DNA of 64,000 nt from Thermoplasmata archaeon (GCA_046540335.1 JBKHFH010000002.1:5287-69286); one strand, 5' to 3'. Positions 39,651 through 49,975 are shown, numbered from the stretch's first letter. Notes: a model not told the origin generated them from the letters alone. Program-made: numbers and translations.

Positions 39651-40766
39651 ATGACCGATCAGACCGATTCTCACGAAGTACCAGATTACGACAACATGTG
39701 GGTCCTTAAAACAGATAACATGATCAAAGACCTTTCCTGGTACTGGTGGTGGTGGATATTTTTCATCAAAAATCCGGAGAACCCAAAAAGACCAAAACAG
39801 TTGATGATCCTCTGGTCAACAAAATATACGGATCACATCAAAGTGAACGATAAAGATTGGCAATTGAAGAAATTGCCCACTTGGAACAAAGACAAGCTAG
39901 AATTCAACGGGATGACCGCGGCGTGGTGGTTCGACGGCAAAGAGATGCACGATCCGATAGTCCTTGAAGAGATGGATTTTGAAGTCACTCATCAGGGGAG
40001 AAAAGGAGAATTGAAACCTCTGTGCGAAAACGCCGACTACAGATTTTACGGTTCTCCAGAAAAGTACTTTATCAATATCAAAGATGAAGATAACGATTTC
40101 GAATTAGAGATGACTCCCTGGAACGACTATCTTCAAAAACATCGATTTAACGAGCAGCAGTTGACAAAAAAGTACAGTTACAACATAATGAAAGTCTACG
40201 GGATGAAACTCGGGGGTAGCATCAACGGAGAAAGCGTGGAGGGAAGTGGTTATTTCCAGCGAGTGCAAGTGAACGCTCCAGCGACTCCCTGGTACTGGGG
40301 TCTGGTTCACTGTGAGAACGGAAGTTTCATCCATTACTTCAATCCTTTTATAGGGCCTCAGATGTTCAGGTCGAAACGCAAACAAAAGTCCTGGCTGAAT
40401 TGGGGAGATTTTAGATTGTCTAGATCTATCCGCTTCTATCATAGTGAAAGAGATACGGAATACAGGTTCAGGACTAAAAACGTGGATATAAACCGACAGT
40501 TAGATAACGGACTTCCCACGTTCGTAATAAAAGGAGAAGATCAAGAAAAAAAGATATACATGAAACTCTCGGCATATTCTAAAGCTTATTGGAGATTCCA
40601 GCAGAGAAGAAAATTCGGGATGAAGAACATCTTCTACTACAACGAGTATCCAGCTAATCTCGTCGACTTTAAATTCAAAGACAAAGAAAAATCTTTACAG
40701 GTCTCTAGATCCGATCTCGGTCAGACCTACAGCAACTTTGAACATTCCTGGGGTAAATTGTTGTAG
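39651..40766 (+). CDS. hypothetical Trp-rich protein (possibly a CrtC/AttH-like lipocalin fold)
   Basis: About 371 aa with 'WYWWWWIFF' near the N-terminus and many W/Y/F residues; only a weak resemblance to hydroxyneurosporene-synthase/AttH starts. Confidence 0.4.
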   Translation: MTDQTDSHEVPDYDNMWVLKTDNMIKDLSWYWWWWIFFIKNPENPKRPKQLMILWSTKYTDHIKVNDKDWQLKKLPTWNKDKLEFNGMTAAWWFDGKEMHDPIVLEEMDFEVTHQGRKGELKPLCENADYRFYGSPEKYFINIKDEDNDFELEMTPWNDYLQKHRFNEQQLTKKYSYNIMKVYGMKLGGSINGESVEGSGYFQRVQVNAPATPWYWGLVHCENGSFIHYFNPFIGPQMFRSKRKQKSWLNWGDFRLSRSIRFYHSERDTEYRFRTKNVDINRQLDNGLPTFVIKGEDQEKKIYMKLSAYSKAYWRFQQRRKFGMKNIFYYNEYPANLVDFKFKDKEKSLQVSRSDLGQTYSNFEHSWGKLL

Positions 40767-40805
40767 CTTTGTAATTCAATATTTTACCGGATAGGATCGA
40801 AAAAG

Positions 40806-41639
40806 TCATAGCTGACGCGATCTATCCCTCAATTCCCTTTTGATTTCCTCAAGTTCCATCTTGTAATGGTCGAAAGGTTCACCGTTAATGAAACACCAAT
40901 CCCAGTTCCACGACCTCACCGAAAATTCGATCGCTTCTTTCCGAGTATCGATCCTATATGTTTCAAGATCGATTTTGCTTTCGTTCATCACCTCGACGGC
41001 TTTTTCAACTTTACTTTTATTATGAATACTGTAAGGACACCTATTGCTGTATCCTAGATCCAAAGCCAATCTATTCTCATCAGACTGATCTCTAGGTTCA
41101 ATGTTTGGTCCCAAAAGAAAGGGTTCTTCGTGGGTTCCCTCGAATGGCAGGTGCATCAATAAGATATAATCTTCTTTTTTTACCTCCTCAAAACCGAACT
41201 TATCGAACATGTCTATAGTAAAATGAACAGGATGATCCCAGGCCAATACACACAATCCGGAAAATCTGTTCTTGGTTCTGTTGATCAAGTGTTCTATCAA
41301 TCTCTCTTCGTTTTTGTGATGAACGCTCTCGTCAGAATCACCGATAGTGGCCCAGTGAAAACACATTATCACCGCTGAGCCTTGCGCTTCTATCGGATAC
41401 GGAGCGCTTTCAGCTGGCATATATTCTATAAAACCTTTAGAAACACCTTTCTCATAAACGATAAATCCTTTCATCCCCTTTTCGATCATATCTTTTCTCC
41501 ATAACAGCGTTTTGGATATATCTCCCAAGAACTCTCCATTTTTGACCTTTAATCCACCGGGACAGCACAATACATCCTTAACATTTTCTTCATCTAGAGG
41601 TGAGATTTCTCCTTCAAAATCTGTTTCTAGACTTTTCAT
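40806..41639 (-). CDS. hypothetical protein, paralog A (GNAT-like N-domain plus conserved C-domain 'CPYS')
   Basis: Shares three blocks with ORF 44828-45664, including 'GFI...IEYMP' against 'GFI...IQYIP' and 'NRCPYSIHN...E' against 'NPYSPFCVEE...E'. Confidence 0.45.
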   Translation of the reverse strand: MKSLETDFEGEISPLDEENVKDVLCCPGGLKVKNGEFLGDISKTLLWRKDMIEKGMKGFIVYEKGVSKGFIEYMPAESAPYPIEAQGSAVIMCFHWATIGDSDESVHHKNEERLIEHLINRTKNRFSGLCVLAWDHPVHFTIDMFDKFGFEEVKKEDYILLMHLPFEGTHEEPFLLGPNIEPRDQSDENRLALDLGYSNRCPYSIHNKSKVEKAVEVMNESKIDLETYRIDTRKEAIEFSVRSWNWDWCFINGEPFDHYKMELEEIKRELRDRSRQL

Positions 41640-41728
41640 ATGTATCCTATTAACTATGAAGAGGACCCGTTAAAATATTTCTGTAGACAAAAGAAAAATA
41701 GAGATTTTAGGAAAACTAAGATCTTTTT

Positions 41729-43570
41729 CTAGTCGAATTCGAATTTTTCCTCGGCCTTTTCGATGACTTTTTCTTTCTTATCTTTCGCCTCTTTCTTCAA
41801 CTCTTCACATCTCTTCAGCATGTCCTCTATGAACTTTTCGTCATGAACGTCCTGTAGATTGATTTTCACGTTCGCTATCCCGCCAACGACTCCCGAGTAA
41901 GCCATCTGAGCCGAGACCAGCGCGTCGGTGACCGCATCTTCTTTCCCATACTCGGCGACCTTGTCCGCGAGAGCTAAAACTTCAGCAGAAGTCTCCGCGG
42001 TATCCATAGGAACTTTACACGCGTGTTTAAGGCCCTCTTCCATCGCCTGTCTCCTCTTATCTCTCTCCTCTTCAGTGGATTTCGGCATGTTCTTGGCTTC
42101 GATGTATTTGTCGTAGGCGTTGGTGTCTTCATCCACCGCCTTCAAAAGATCGTCTTTCAATTCCTGAGCTTCCTCCGCTACGGGCATCAATTTCGGATCG
42201 ATAACTTCCGTTCCCCTCCCGCCTGTACTCAAGTTGGAAACCATCGAAGAGAGTGCGGCTCCTATCGAACCGGAAAGTGCGGCGATACTGCCTCCTCCAG
42301 GTGTTGAAGAACCTCTCGAGACTTCGTTGACGAAAGCTTCAACGTCCATATCGACGAGAGCGTCTTCCGGCTTCATAGGACCGCCTATCAGCTTCTCGTC
42401 GGGTTCGAACTCCGCCACATCTCTAAGACCCAAAGACTGTATCGCGGTCTCGATCATGTCCTCTTCGGGTATGCCTTTAGGCTGGTTCATCTTGTCCAGG
42501 TAGTACTTACCGGTTCTCAGCAGAGCTTCGTATGGCGCTAAACCGACGATCTCGCTTCCTGTGACCCTAGCACCCATCTTTCTTGCTCTGTCTCTAGCGA
42601 ACTCGTAAACGTCGTGGAGGCTCGTCTCTTTGAAGTTGGTGAGATTGATAGAGACCTGAGCTCTTTCATATTCATCTACATACCAACCTATGGACTTGCA
42701 GTGATCGAATTTTCCCCTCTGTTTGACAGCTTTACCTTGTAGGTCATCGATATCGTAATCGTACTCTTTCTCCAGGAACTCCTGAAGGTCATAGCCGTGC
42801 TCCTTCTCGGTATGTTCTTTCACCTCTTGGAATGAATCGCCGACAAAATCGCATTCACCGCACGGGAATTCATCTTCGCCGTATCTAACAATACTTCCTT
42901 TCCAGTAATGCTGATCGGGACTGTTTTTTCTCTTCGCTCTTCCTCTCCTCCTCATCTCCAGAGCTATATCCCACGCGATCTTTTTGTTCTTGGTATTGAG
43001 ATTTATATTGTAAGCTATGAGGAATTCTCTCGCGCCTATTACGGTGGCGCCTGTTTTCCTGACTCTATCGTTCCATTCCGCCGGTCCGTAATCCGGTTCC
43101 CACTCTGGATCTACAAGTTTTTCCTCCAGCCCTTCATATTGACCCTTCCTTATAGTCGCGAGATTCTCTCTTTTGGGCTCTGTCGCAGCTTCCTCGTACA
43201 AGTAAACCGGTATATCTAGTTCTTTACCCACCTTCTCCCCAAGATCTTTTGCTATCTCCACACAGTCCTCCATGGTGGTACCTTTCACCGGAACGAAGGG
43301 ACAGACGTCTGTGGCGCCCATCCTGGGATGACTCCCCTCATGATGGCTCATGTCTATGAGTTCTGCAGCTTTCTTGATCGCGTTGAATGCTGCTTTTTTC
43401 ACATCTTCTGGAGGCCCTACAAAGGTCACGACCGTCCTGTTCGTATCCTCACCCATATCCACATCTTTTACCTCTACACCGTCGAAGGTCTCTGTCTCGG
43501 CAGTTATCTCATCTATAACGCTCTCGTCCCGCCCTTCTGAGAAGTTAGGTACACATTCTACAAGTTCCAT
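41729..43570 (-). CDS. ftcD: bifunctional glutamate formimidoyltransferase / formimidoyl-THF cyclodeaminase (FTCD-like) with a C2H2-like insertion
   Basis: 'MELVECVPNFSEGR' formiminotransferase N-terminus, 'HPRMGATDVCPFVP', 'AQVSINLTNF', and the C-terminal cyclodeaminase motif 'SRGSSTPGGGSIAALSGSIGAAL'. The likely start is the internal ATG at 43570; the ORF track runs on to 43666. Confidence 0.8.
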   Translation of the reverse strand: MELVECVPNFSEGRDESVIDEITAETETFDGVEVKDVDMGEDTNRTVVTFVGPPEDVKKAAFNAIKKAAELIDMSHHEGSHPRMGATDVCPFVPVKGTTMEDCVEIAKDLGEKVGKELDIPVYLYEEAATEPKRENLATIRKGQYEGLEEKLVDPEWEPDYGPAEWNDRVRKTGATVIGAREFLIAYNINLNTKNKKIAWDIALEMRRRGRAKRKNSPDQHYWKGSIVRYGEDEFPCGECDFVGDSFQEVKEHTEKEHGYDLQEFLEKEYDYDIDDLQGKAVKQRGKFDHCKSIGWYVDEYERAQVSINLTNFKETSLHDVYEFARDRARKMGARVTGSEIVGLAPYEALLRTGKYYLDKMNQPKGIPEEDMIETAIQSLGLRDVAEFEPDEKLIGGPMKPEDALVDMDVEAFVNEVSRGSSTPGGGSIAALSGSIGAALSSMVSNLSTGGRGTEVIDPKLMPVAEEAQELKDDLLKAVDEDTNAYDKYIEAKNMPKSTEEERDKRRQAMEEGLKHACKVPMDTAETSAEVLALADKVAEYGKEDAVTDALVSAQMAYSGVVGGIANVKINLQDVHDEKFIEDMLKRCEELKKEAKDKKEKVIEKAEEKFEFD

Positions 43571-43686
43571 ATCATACCACCGTATTTCAATACTGAGAAA
43601 TATATGGAAGATAAAAAGATTTTGGAATGAAACTTTCGAATCGGGTGGAAAAACTATATGAGGCACTCTAAAATCTTACTACTACG

Positions 43687-44367
43687 ATGACCAATAGAAA
43701 GATAATCACTCTCCCCTTGGCCACGATAATATTCGTAATGTTCTTTCTGATCCTTATCTTAATACCTATCGTTATCAGCGGAGCCTTCCGCATGCTGGGA
43801 TTCAGACCATGGCTGACCTTTCTGCTTTTCTTTTTATCCCTGGTCGGAAGCGTGGTTAACATCCCCGTATATTCTTTCAAGATAAAGAGCCCCGTTCGGA
43901 AGCCTAGAGGTGGGCTGCTCACCGACCTTCTCTATCCTCGGCGATCTTTATCTTACAGAGAGAGGAGATCCACTATCGCGGTAAACCTGGGAGGTGCCGT
44001 TATACCTGTTTTGATATCCGTTTACCTGATAGCGGAAAATCCTCACCTCGCGTGGCAGTATTTGGTAGGAACGGGCATAGTGACCGTGATATGTTACAGA
44101 CTCGCTCGCCCGGTTCCGGGAGTCGGTATAAGTATGCCGCTGTTGATTCCTCCTATCGCTGCAGCTATTGTCGCTATATTTTTACCTGGTTCTCCCACTC
44201 AGGCCATCGCCTACGTCTCGGGTGTTAACGGCGTCATCATCGGAGCAGATCTACTGAACCTGAAAAAAACAATAGGATTAGGGAGCACGACTTTGAGCAT
44301 AGGCGGAGCTGGCACTTTCGACGGTATCTTTTTGACAGGTATCGTGGCGGTGTTCTTGACGGCTTGA
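43687..44367 (+). CDS. membrane protein, DUF1614-like
   Basis: 226 aa with 5-6 TM helices and a Gly-rich end 'IGGAGTFDGIFLTGI'. Confidence 0.45.
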   Translation: MTNRKIITLPLATIIFVMFFLILILIPIVISGAFRMLGFRPWLTFLLFFLSLVGSVVNIPVYSFKIKSPVRKPRGGLLTDLLYPRRSLSYRERRSTIAVNLGGAVIPVLISVYLIAENPHLAWQYLVGTGIVTVICYRLARPVPGVGISMPLLIPPIAAAIVAIFLPGSPTQAIAYVSGVNGVIIGADLLNLKKTIGLGSTTLSIGGAGTFDGIFLTGIVAVFLTA

Positions 44368-44429
44368 ACCGATCTTCATACGAACTCTAACTGGTTAAAA
44401 ATCTGAGTAAAAAAGATCAGGAATTATGT

Positions 44430-44717
44430 TTACGAGTAAGTTCTAAGCTGTTGCTCAGTAATGTTCTTAATCTGTTTTGTCCCTGCAAAGAGTATCCATA
44501 CTGTAGCGATGATGAATATGGGGATCTCTACCATAGCTTCGCCGTATTGATTGAAGCGGAGGAGGATCATCCAACTGGTTTTATCTATATTCCAAAGTAC
44601 TACCGAGGATAGATAGGCGAACCAGAATGTGGTCAATAACCAAAGTCCCGCTTTGATTATCCCCACCGTCTTCTCTCTGTCAATCTCCATCTGTCCGTTC
44701 TCCTTTGTTATTATCAC
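44430..44717 (-). CDS. small hypothetical membrane protein (95 aa)
   Basis: ORF with two predicted TM helices; no other support. Confidence 0.3.
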   Translation of the reverse strand: MIITKENGQMEIDREKTVGIIKAGLWLLTTFWFAYLSSVVLWNIDKTSWMILLRFNQYGEAMVEIPIFIIATVWILFAGTKQIKNITEQQLRTYS

Positions 44718-44827
44718 CTCGCTCCTGTTTATTATATACTCTCAGAGAATCGACTTCATTATCGCTCTTCGATATATATTTCAGATGGAGTTATATAGAA
44801 AATATATAAGCGTCTTGCTCGAACTTT

Positions 44828-45664
44828 CTACATTTTTGGCTTTTTATTTTCGACTAGAATCTTTTCAGAATGTAGAGCATCTCTCATATTTTTCAAGAAT
44901 CTTTCCTCGTCACCTGTGGAAAAACCTACCGATCTACCGCTGATCAGAAGGGACAATGGTATAGAATAAAAACGTGAGAATTCGTCGGGTTCTTCAAAGG
45001 GTATCACCATCTTGACGGGTATCTCATCATCTATCTTGCGCAGTTCTTCAAGTGTATTCATCATCTCCTCCACACAAAAGGGAGAATATGGATTGCAGAG
45101 TATGAGCGCCTTGTCCCTGTCCATCTCATCTATAGGTAGGTCCGAAATACTTTCGGCGGGATCGTAATCCAATTGTTCCCCGGTCAAAGGGTAATAGAGC
45201 AGCATCTCGTATTCATTGGAGATTGGTTTGAACCCGTATTCCGTGTAAAAGTCAGCGTTCTCAAGAGAGTGTGAAAAGGGATCCTTCAAGGTTACCAATG
45301 CCTTAGCTCTTTCATTATCAAAGTATCCTTTTGGGTGCTCGAATTCCCTGACAGTTTCATCCAACAGAGACATCACTATGAGCGCATCTCCGTCTTCTTC
45401 ATCTACGAGTATCGATTTGATCTCGACCACTTTATGTTCGGTTTTCGGTATGTACTGTATCATACCTACTATCTTCGATCCTCGATATGCTGCCTTTCCT
45501 ATAAATCCTAACTCAACTAGATGTTTTTGCATCCATTTCTTCCACATCAGTTCTCCTTCGATATAGAAAGGATCGTTCGATTTTTCTCCCGATAACCACA
45601 GATGCTCTAGTTCCTCTAAAATCTCTATATCAATATCTTTTATTTCAATCTCATCTTGGGGCAT
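44828..45664 (-). CDS. hypothetical protein, paralog B (GNAT-like N-domain plus conserved C-domain)
   Basis: Paralog of 40806-41639 (see above); clean ATG start. Confidence 0.45.
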   Translation of the reverse strand: MPQDEIEIKDIDIEILEELEHLWLSGEKSNDPFYIEGELMWKKWMQKHLVELGFIGKAAYRGSKIVGMIQYIPKTEHKVVEIKSILVDEEDGDALIVMSLLDETVREFEHPKGYFDNERAKALVTLKDPFSHSLENADFYTEYGFKPISNEYEMLLYYPLTGEQLDYDPAESISDLPIDEMDRDKALILCNPYSPFCVEEMMNTLEELRKIDDEIPVKMVIPFEEPDEFSRFYSIPLSLLISGRSVGFSTGDEERFLKNMRDALHSEKILVENKKPKM

Positions 45665-45834
45665 AGAATTCCCTCCCGATAATATACAATAATATAGACC
45701 GAAGTTATCCTTTAAAAACTTGTCTATATAGTGAATTCATTTCATATTCACATCAATATAGTTCACTTAAAACTGACTTCATGTAAAAAAGGAAAAAAAG
45801 GGAAAGGGGTTTATTTTGTTCTGGTCATATGGTT

Positions 45835-48800
45835 TCACTCGATCTTTGCGTAGGTCGCTTCTTCGAAGGTCTGACTGTTTATCTCTTCTTCGTATTCGAA
45901 CTCGACCTGTTCACCACGTCTCAACTGTACGTGTTCGGACTGTCCGTCTTCTAGCACAACAAGGAAGTATCCAGGTTCAAGTTGATCAGAGATATAATAT
46001 CCGTGATCTCCAGTCTCCCCTGACTCGATTTCGGAACCCTCTACACCATCTTCATCAGATTCGTAGATCGTAACTCCTATTCCTTCCATACCACCTATGA
46101 CGTAGACATCTATGCTGGAAAGCTGGTATTCACCGTAGTTCACTGTGACATCCTCGACACAACCCAACCTCACATGTACTTCTCTAGGCGTGGTGTGTTC
46201 CCACTCGCAGCAAGCTTTTGGCTGGTAGACTACATAGTCACCAGGTCCAACATCTTCAAACGAGTAGTATCCGTGTTCATCAGTTTCAGTGGAATCTATG
46301 GCTTCTGTTCCTATCACGTTACCTTCAACGTCCGCTTCCCACAGTTCGACTATCTTTCCTCTCAGCGGGATGTCTCCCACTTCCGGATCGAATTCACCGT
46401 TCATGTCGAAATCGTAGTACTTGAGTCCAACTATGTCACCGTGTCTGTAGTTGCCGAAGTGATATTCTAACTCGCCTTCAGGCAGTACTTCTATTTCGTA
46501 GTAATACGGCGTGGTGTTGTACCATCCTTCTAGTAAAACTTCTTCAAGGATGTACATTCCCGGCTTGATACACAAGAAACTGTAGTAACCGTCTTCGTCT
46601 GTCTCAGTCGTCATGTACGGCTTGTGCATTGAGTGTATCTCATCCTCGTTCTCTTCATGATACTCGTACAGATTGATGGTCCATCCTTCTAGACCATACT
46701 CGATCTCATCGAATTCTCCGTTCATGTTGTAGTCGCAGAACTTGTAGCCCTCTATAGATCCTCCAGGTACGTTACCGAACCAGAGTTCAGAGGTATTACC
46801 GGCTTCTACACTAACAGACTGCAATAGTGGAGTAGTGTTGAACCAACACCTTTTCAGTTCTTCTTCTACTATGTAATCTCCAGGCAAGACATCTTCGAAC
46901 ATCGCCAATCCATCTTCGTCAGTCATGTTGGTGGCTAGTATCTCAGTTATATCTTCGTCCCACAGGTTGAATGTCCAGCTTTCCAACATCTCTTCTCCTT
47001 TGTCGTACATTCCATTCATGTTATAGTCGTAGAACTTGTAGACTTCGATATCACCGTACTGTACGTTACCGAACCAAAGGTCCCAGTGATCTCCAGGTCC
47101 TAGTGTCTGTTCCTGCCACAAGGGAGTAGTGTTCAACCATCCTATGTCCAACATCTCTGTGACGTTGAAATCACCGATCGGTACAAGGAAGTTATATGAT
47201 CCTTCTACACCGAAGGTCCCGGCAAAAACTTGCACGCCTTCGAACTCGCCTAATACATCGAAATTTACAGTCTGATCTGCTAGTAGATAATCACCGTCAT
47301 CAATGTTGTATATGCCGTCCATATTTGCGTCATTGAACTTGTTGATGGTTATCTCCGGGAACTCATAATTTCCGAAGTTGATTATTTCTTTCGGGCTGCA
47401 GCAGTTGAATTCGATCTTAACTATGGATTCTGTAGTGTTATCCCATCCATATGGTACTTCTTCCTGCACATAGTAAGTTCCTACTTTTATGCCGTCAAAG
47501 AAGTAATATCCGTTCGGCTGTGTATAGAACGTATCTATTATCTCACCAGGTTCTCCGTCGATCTCATTCCATAGGTTGATCTCCCAACCTTCTAGAACCC
47601 AATCTTCCTCGTTGAATTCTCCATCCATGTTGTAATCGTAGAACTTGATACCGTATATCTCCTTGTACATACAGTTGGAGAAATCTACGCCTTCTACGGT
47701 CTCACAGGGTTCTACATCCACGTGCAGTATATCCGCAGTGTTGTTATACCAACCTTCGTACATCTCTTCCTGAACGAAGTATTCGCCAGGCATCACACAG
47801 TCGAAGTAGTACATTCCGTCTCTGTTGGTCTCTGTGGTCTCTATTATCTCTCCAGGTACTCCATCTTCTACGGTCCATAGGTTGATCTCCCAACCCATCA
47901 GGGGCTTATCTAATCCAACATCGAAATGTCCATCGGCTTCGATATCGAGGAATTTCATCCCTTCGATCATTCCACCCTGTACGTTTCCGAAGTACAGATT
48001 ATATTCTCCACCTGGTTTCACGTAGGTGTGCTGTAAGACATCAGTCGTCGGTAGCCAACAGCACTCACCCTCTGGGTATTCATCCAATTCCTGGACTACG
48101 TAATCTCCGGCCACTAAATCCTCGAAAGTGTAAGTACCGTCGTTCGTTTCGACAGGTTTGCCTATCCTTCCGTTTTTGATAGGTTGGCCGTTTTCATAGG
48201 CTTCCCAGAGCTGGAACCAGAATCCGTCTATCAGTTCTTCTCCATCATCGTACTCTCCGTTGTAGTTCACATCGTGGAACTTATTGACTGTGATATCTCC
48301 GTACTGAACGTTGCCGAACCAAACCTCGGATTCCTCCGCAGGATAAACTGTTACTGGCTGCAACAAGTCTGTGGTGTGTTCCCAATCCTCTTTGAGTTCC
48401 TCCTGAACTATGTATTCTCCGGGGTAAACATCTTCAAAAGTCAACGCACCGTTCTCGTCTGTTTCACCCATATCTATGATCTCATCGGGTTCTTCATCCT
48501 CGGTCGTCCATAGGTTGAACATCCAATCTTCGAGCATGTAGTCTTCTTCCTCATCGAACTCGCCGTCCTCGTTGACATCGTAGTACTTGTATACTGTGAT
48601 CTCTCCGTCCATCATGGTATTTCCGAATTCAACGGTCATCGGTTCTCTGAGCCAGAATGAATCTTCAACGTATCTATCCTCGTCCTCTTCACCATTTCTT
48701 ATCGTCATTTCCATCTCGCCGTTCTCTGTGATGGTATATTCAGTTTCTACTTCTTCTTCGGTTCCGTATACTGCAGATCCTGTGTTGTACCATCCTTCAG

Positions 48801-49179
48801 GGATATACTCGCGGACCTTATAATGTCCTATCTCGTCGTTCGGGAATCCACACTCATAGTCTTCAAAAACAATATATCCATCGCTGTCTGTGTACCCGCT
48901 CTCTAGGAAATACCACGGGTGATTATCTCTTTCATCTCCATTCTCGTAACCCTTCCCATAGAGTTCGAAATACCAATCTTCTAGCCCTTCCTCTCCTTCA
49001 TCGTATATTCCGTTTTGGTTTTCGTCGTAGTACTTGAACACCGTTATGTCGTAGTAACAGGTGTCGTTATCGCTGTCTTCCCTTATTGAGGAAGCTCCGT
49101 GTATCACTGTTACGCCAATTCCTAGGCTGCTGATAGCAAGTATACTCGCTATCAATAGCGCTAATACGTATGGTTTCAT
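45835..49179 (-). CDS. large secreted surface protein with about 9 tandem SdrD B-like (Cna-B-type, Ca-binding) repeats
   Basis: Signal peptide 'MKPYVLALLIASILAISSLG'; repeated 'FGNVQYGDIxVxKFxDxNxNGxYDxGEExLxxWxFxLW...GxYxxE' modules. Confidence 0.75.
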   Translation of the reverse strand: MKPYVLALLIASILAISSLGIGVTVIHGASSIREDSDNDTCYYDITVFKYYDENQNGIYDEGEEGLEDWYFELYGKGYENGDERDNHPWYFLESGYTDSDGYIVFEDYECGFPNDEIGHYKVREYIPEGWYNTGSAVYGTEEEVETEYTITENGEMEMTIRNGEEDEDRYVEDSFWLREPMTVEFGNTMMDGEITVYKYYDVNEDGEFDEEEDYMLEDWMFNLWTTEDEEPDEIIDMGETDENGALTFEDVYPGEYIVQEELKEDWEHTTDLLQPVTVYPAEESEVWFGNVQYGDITVNKFHDVNYNGEYDDGEELIDGFWFQLWEAYENGQPIKNGRIGKPVETNDGTYTFEDLVAGDYVVQELDEYPEGECCWLPTTDVLQHTYVKPGGEYNLYFGNVQGGMIEGMKFLDIEADGHFDVGLDKPLMGWEINLWTVEDGVPGEIIETTETNRDGMYYFDCVMPGEYFVQEEMYEGWYNNTADILHVDVEPCETVEGVDFSNCMYKEIYGIKFYDYNMDGEFNEEDWVLEGWEINLWNEIDGEPGEIIDTFYTQPNGYYFFDGIKVGTYYVQEEVPYGWDNTTESIVKIEFNCCSPKEIINFGNYEFPEITINKFNDANMDGIYNIDDGDYLLADQTVNFDVLGEFEGVQVFAGTFGVEGSYNFLVPIGDFNVTEMLDIGWLNTTPLWQEQTLGPGDHWDLWFGNVQYGDIEVYKFYDYNMNGMYDKGEEMLESWTFNLWDEDITEILATNMTDEDGLAMFEDVLPGDYIVEEELKRCWFNTTPLLQSVSVEAGNTSELWFGNVPGGSIEGYKFCDYNMNGEFDEIEYGLEGWTINLYEYHEENEDEIHSMHKPYMTTETDEDGYYSFLCIKPGMYILEEVLLEGWYNTTPYYYEIEVLPEGELEYHFGNYRHGDIVGLKYYDFDMNGEFDPEVGDIPLRGKIVELWEADVEGNVIGTEAIDSTETDEHGYYSFEDVGPGDYVVYQPKACCEWEHTTPREVHVRLGCVEDVTVNYGEYQLSSIDVYVIGGMEGIGVTIYESDEDGVEGSEIESGETGDHGYYISDQLEPGYFLVVLEDGQSEHVQLRRGEQVEFEYEEEINSQTFEEATYAKIE

Positions 49180-49333
49180 TTTTTCACCGGACTATATAGT
49201 GCTACAGTAGTATATATACTTATGCTTAACTATAAATAATCTATTTAGAAAAGATAAATATCGTTCGATCGAGACCTATGTGGTACTCATCTCTTTAGAT
49301 CGAAAAAGGGAAAAAATAGGTTTGATGGATGAT

Positions 49334-49801
49334 TCAGTGTCTAGATCTCTTTCTTAGGACCTGATATCTCTTTTTGATGAGTTCTCGGCCACCTGATAGC
49401 TCGTTTCTTGATCCTTTTTTTACCAACATCGGGTACTCCTTAACGACTGTTCCAACCGTACTGGTCTTCTTTCTCTGAGAACTCTTAACTCTAGATTTCT
49501 CTTTCAAGTAGCTGCGATACGTTTTAGAAGTCAAACTCCCGATAACCCAGGTCAGTCCGAGCAACAGAATATTGATCGACCAGAAGCCCAAAAAGACCAC
49601 TATGAAGTAGTTTTGATACTCTATATTGGTCATCAAGGCGGTCGTTCCTCCTTCCCCACCGACCGGTGAAGGAGTCCTGAATAGGAAAAGATAGACGGGG
49701 CCTAAAGTCGGCCACAGCAAAAAGAAACCTTTCAGCAAAGTCGGCCAATTATTCCATTTTATACTCTCAGACAACCTCAATATAGTTAATTTCATGTTCA
49801 T
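49334..49801 (-). CDS. small membrane protein with basic C-terminal tail
   Basis: About 155 aa with 2-3 TM helices and a Lys/Arg-rich tail; lies between the two giant surface-protein genes. Confidence 0.4.
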   Translation of the reverse strand: MNMKLTILRLSESIKWNNWPTLLKGFFLLWPTLGPVYLFLFRTPSPVGGEGGTTALMTNIEYQNYFIVVFLGFWSINILLLGLTWVIGSLTSKTYRSYLKEKSRVKSSQRKKTSTVGTVVKEYPMLVKKGSRNELSGGRELIKKRYQVLRKRSRH

Positions 49802-49975
49802 GATCAACCCTCGCTTATATAAGGGACGACGGCCTATATAAAGATATCTAAAGTATATAGTGAAGTTCGTTTATGGTTTATGGAACAGAAGATATTTTAA
49901 AAAAGGTTATTTAGTAAATTGGGTAAGGATTTAAATAGTATTAATGAAAAATCCTTATTTCAAACACGGAGATAT

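Noticed and set aside
46174-48823. Plus-strand ORFs of 66-109 aa, and the repetitive DNA periodicity in 45.8-49.2 kb and 52.8-54.7 kb, as possible CRISPR or tandem repeats
   Set aside because: The periodicity is roughly 300 bp, imperfect, and corresponds to protein-domain repeats (SdrD-B and Ig-like) within single long ORFs. There are no short identical direct repeats with unique spacers.
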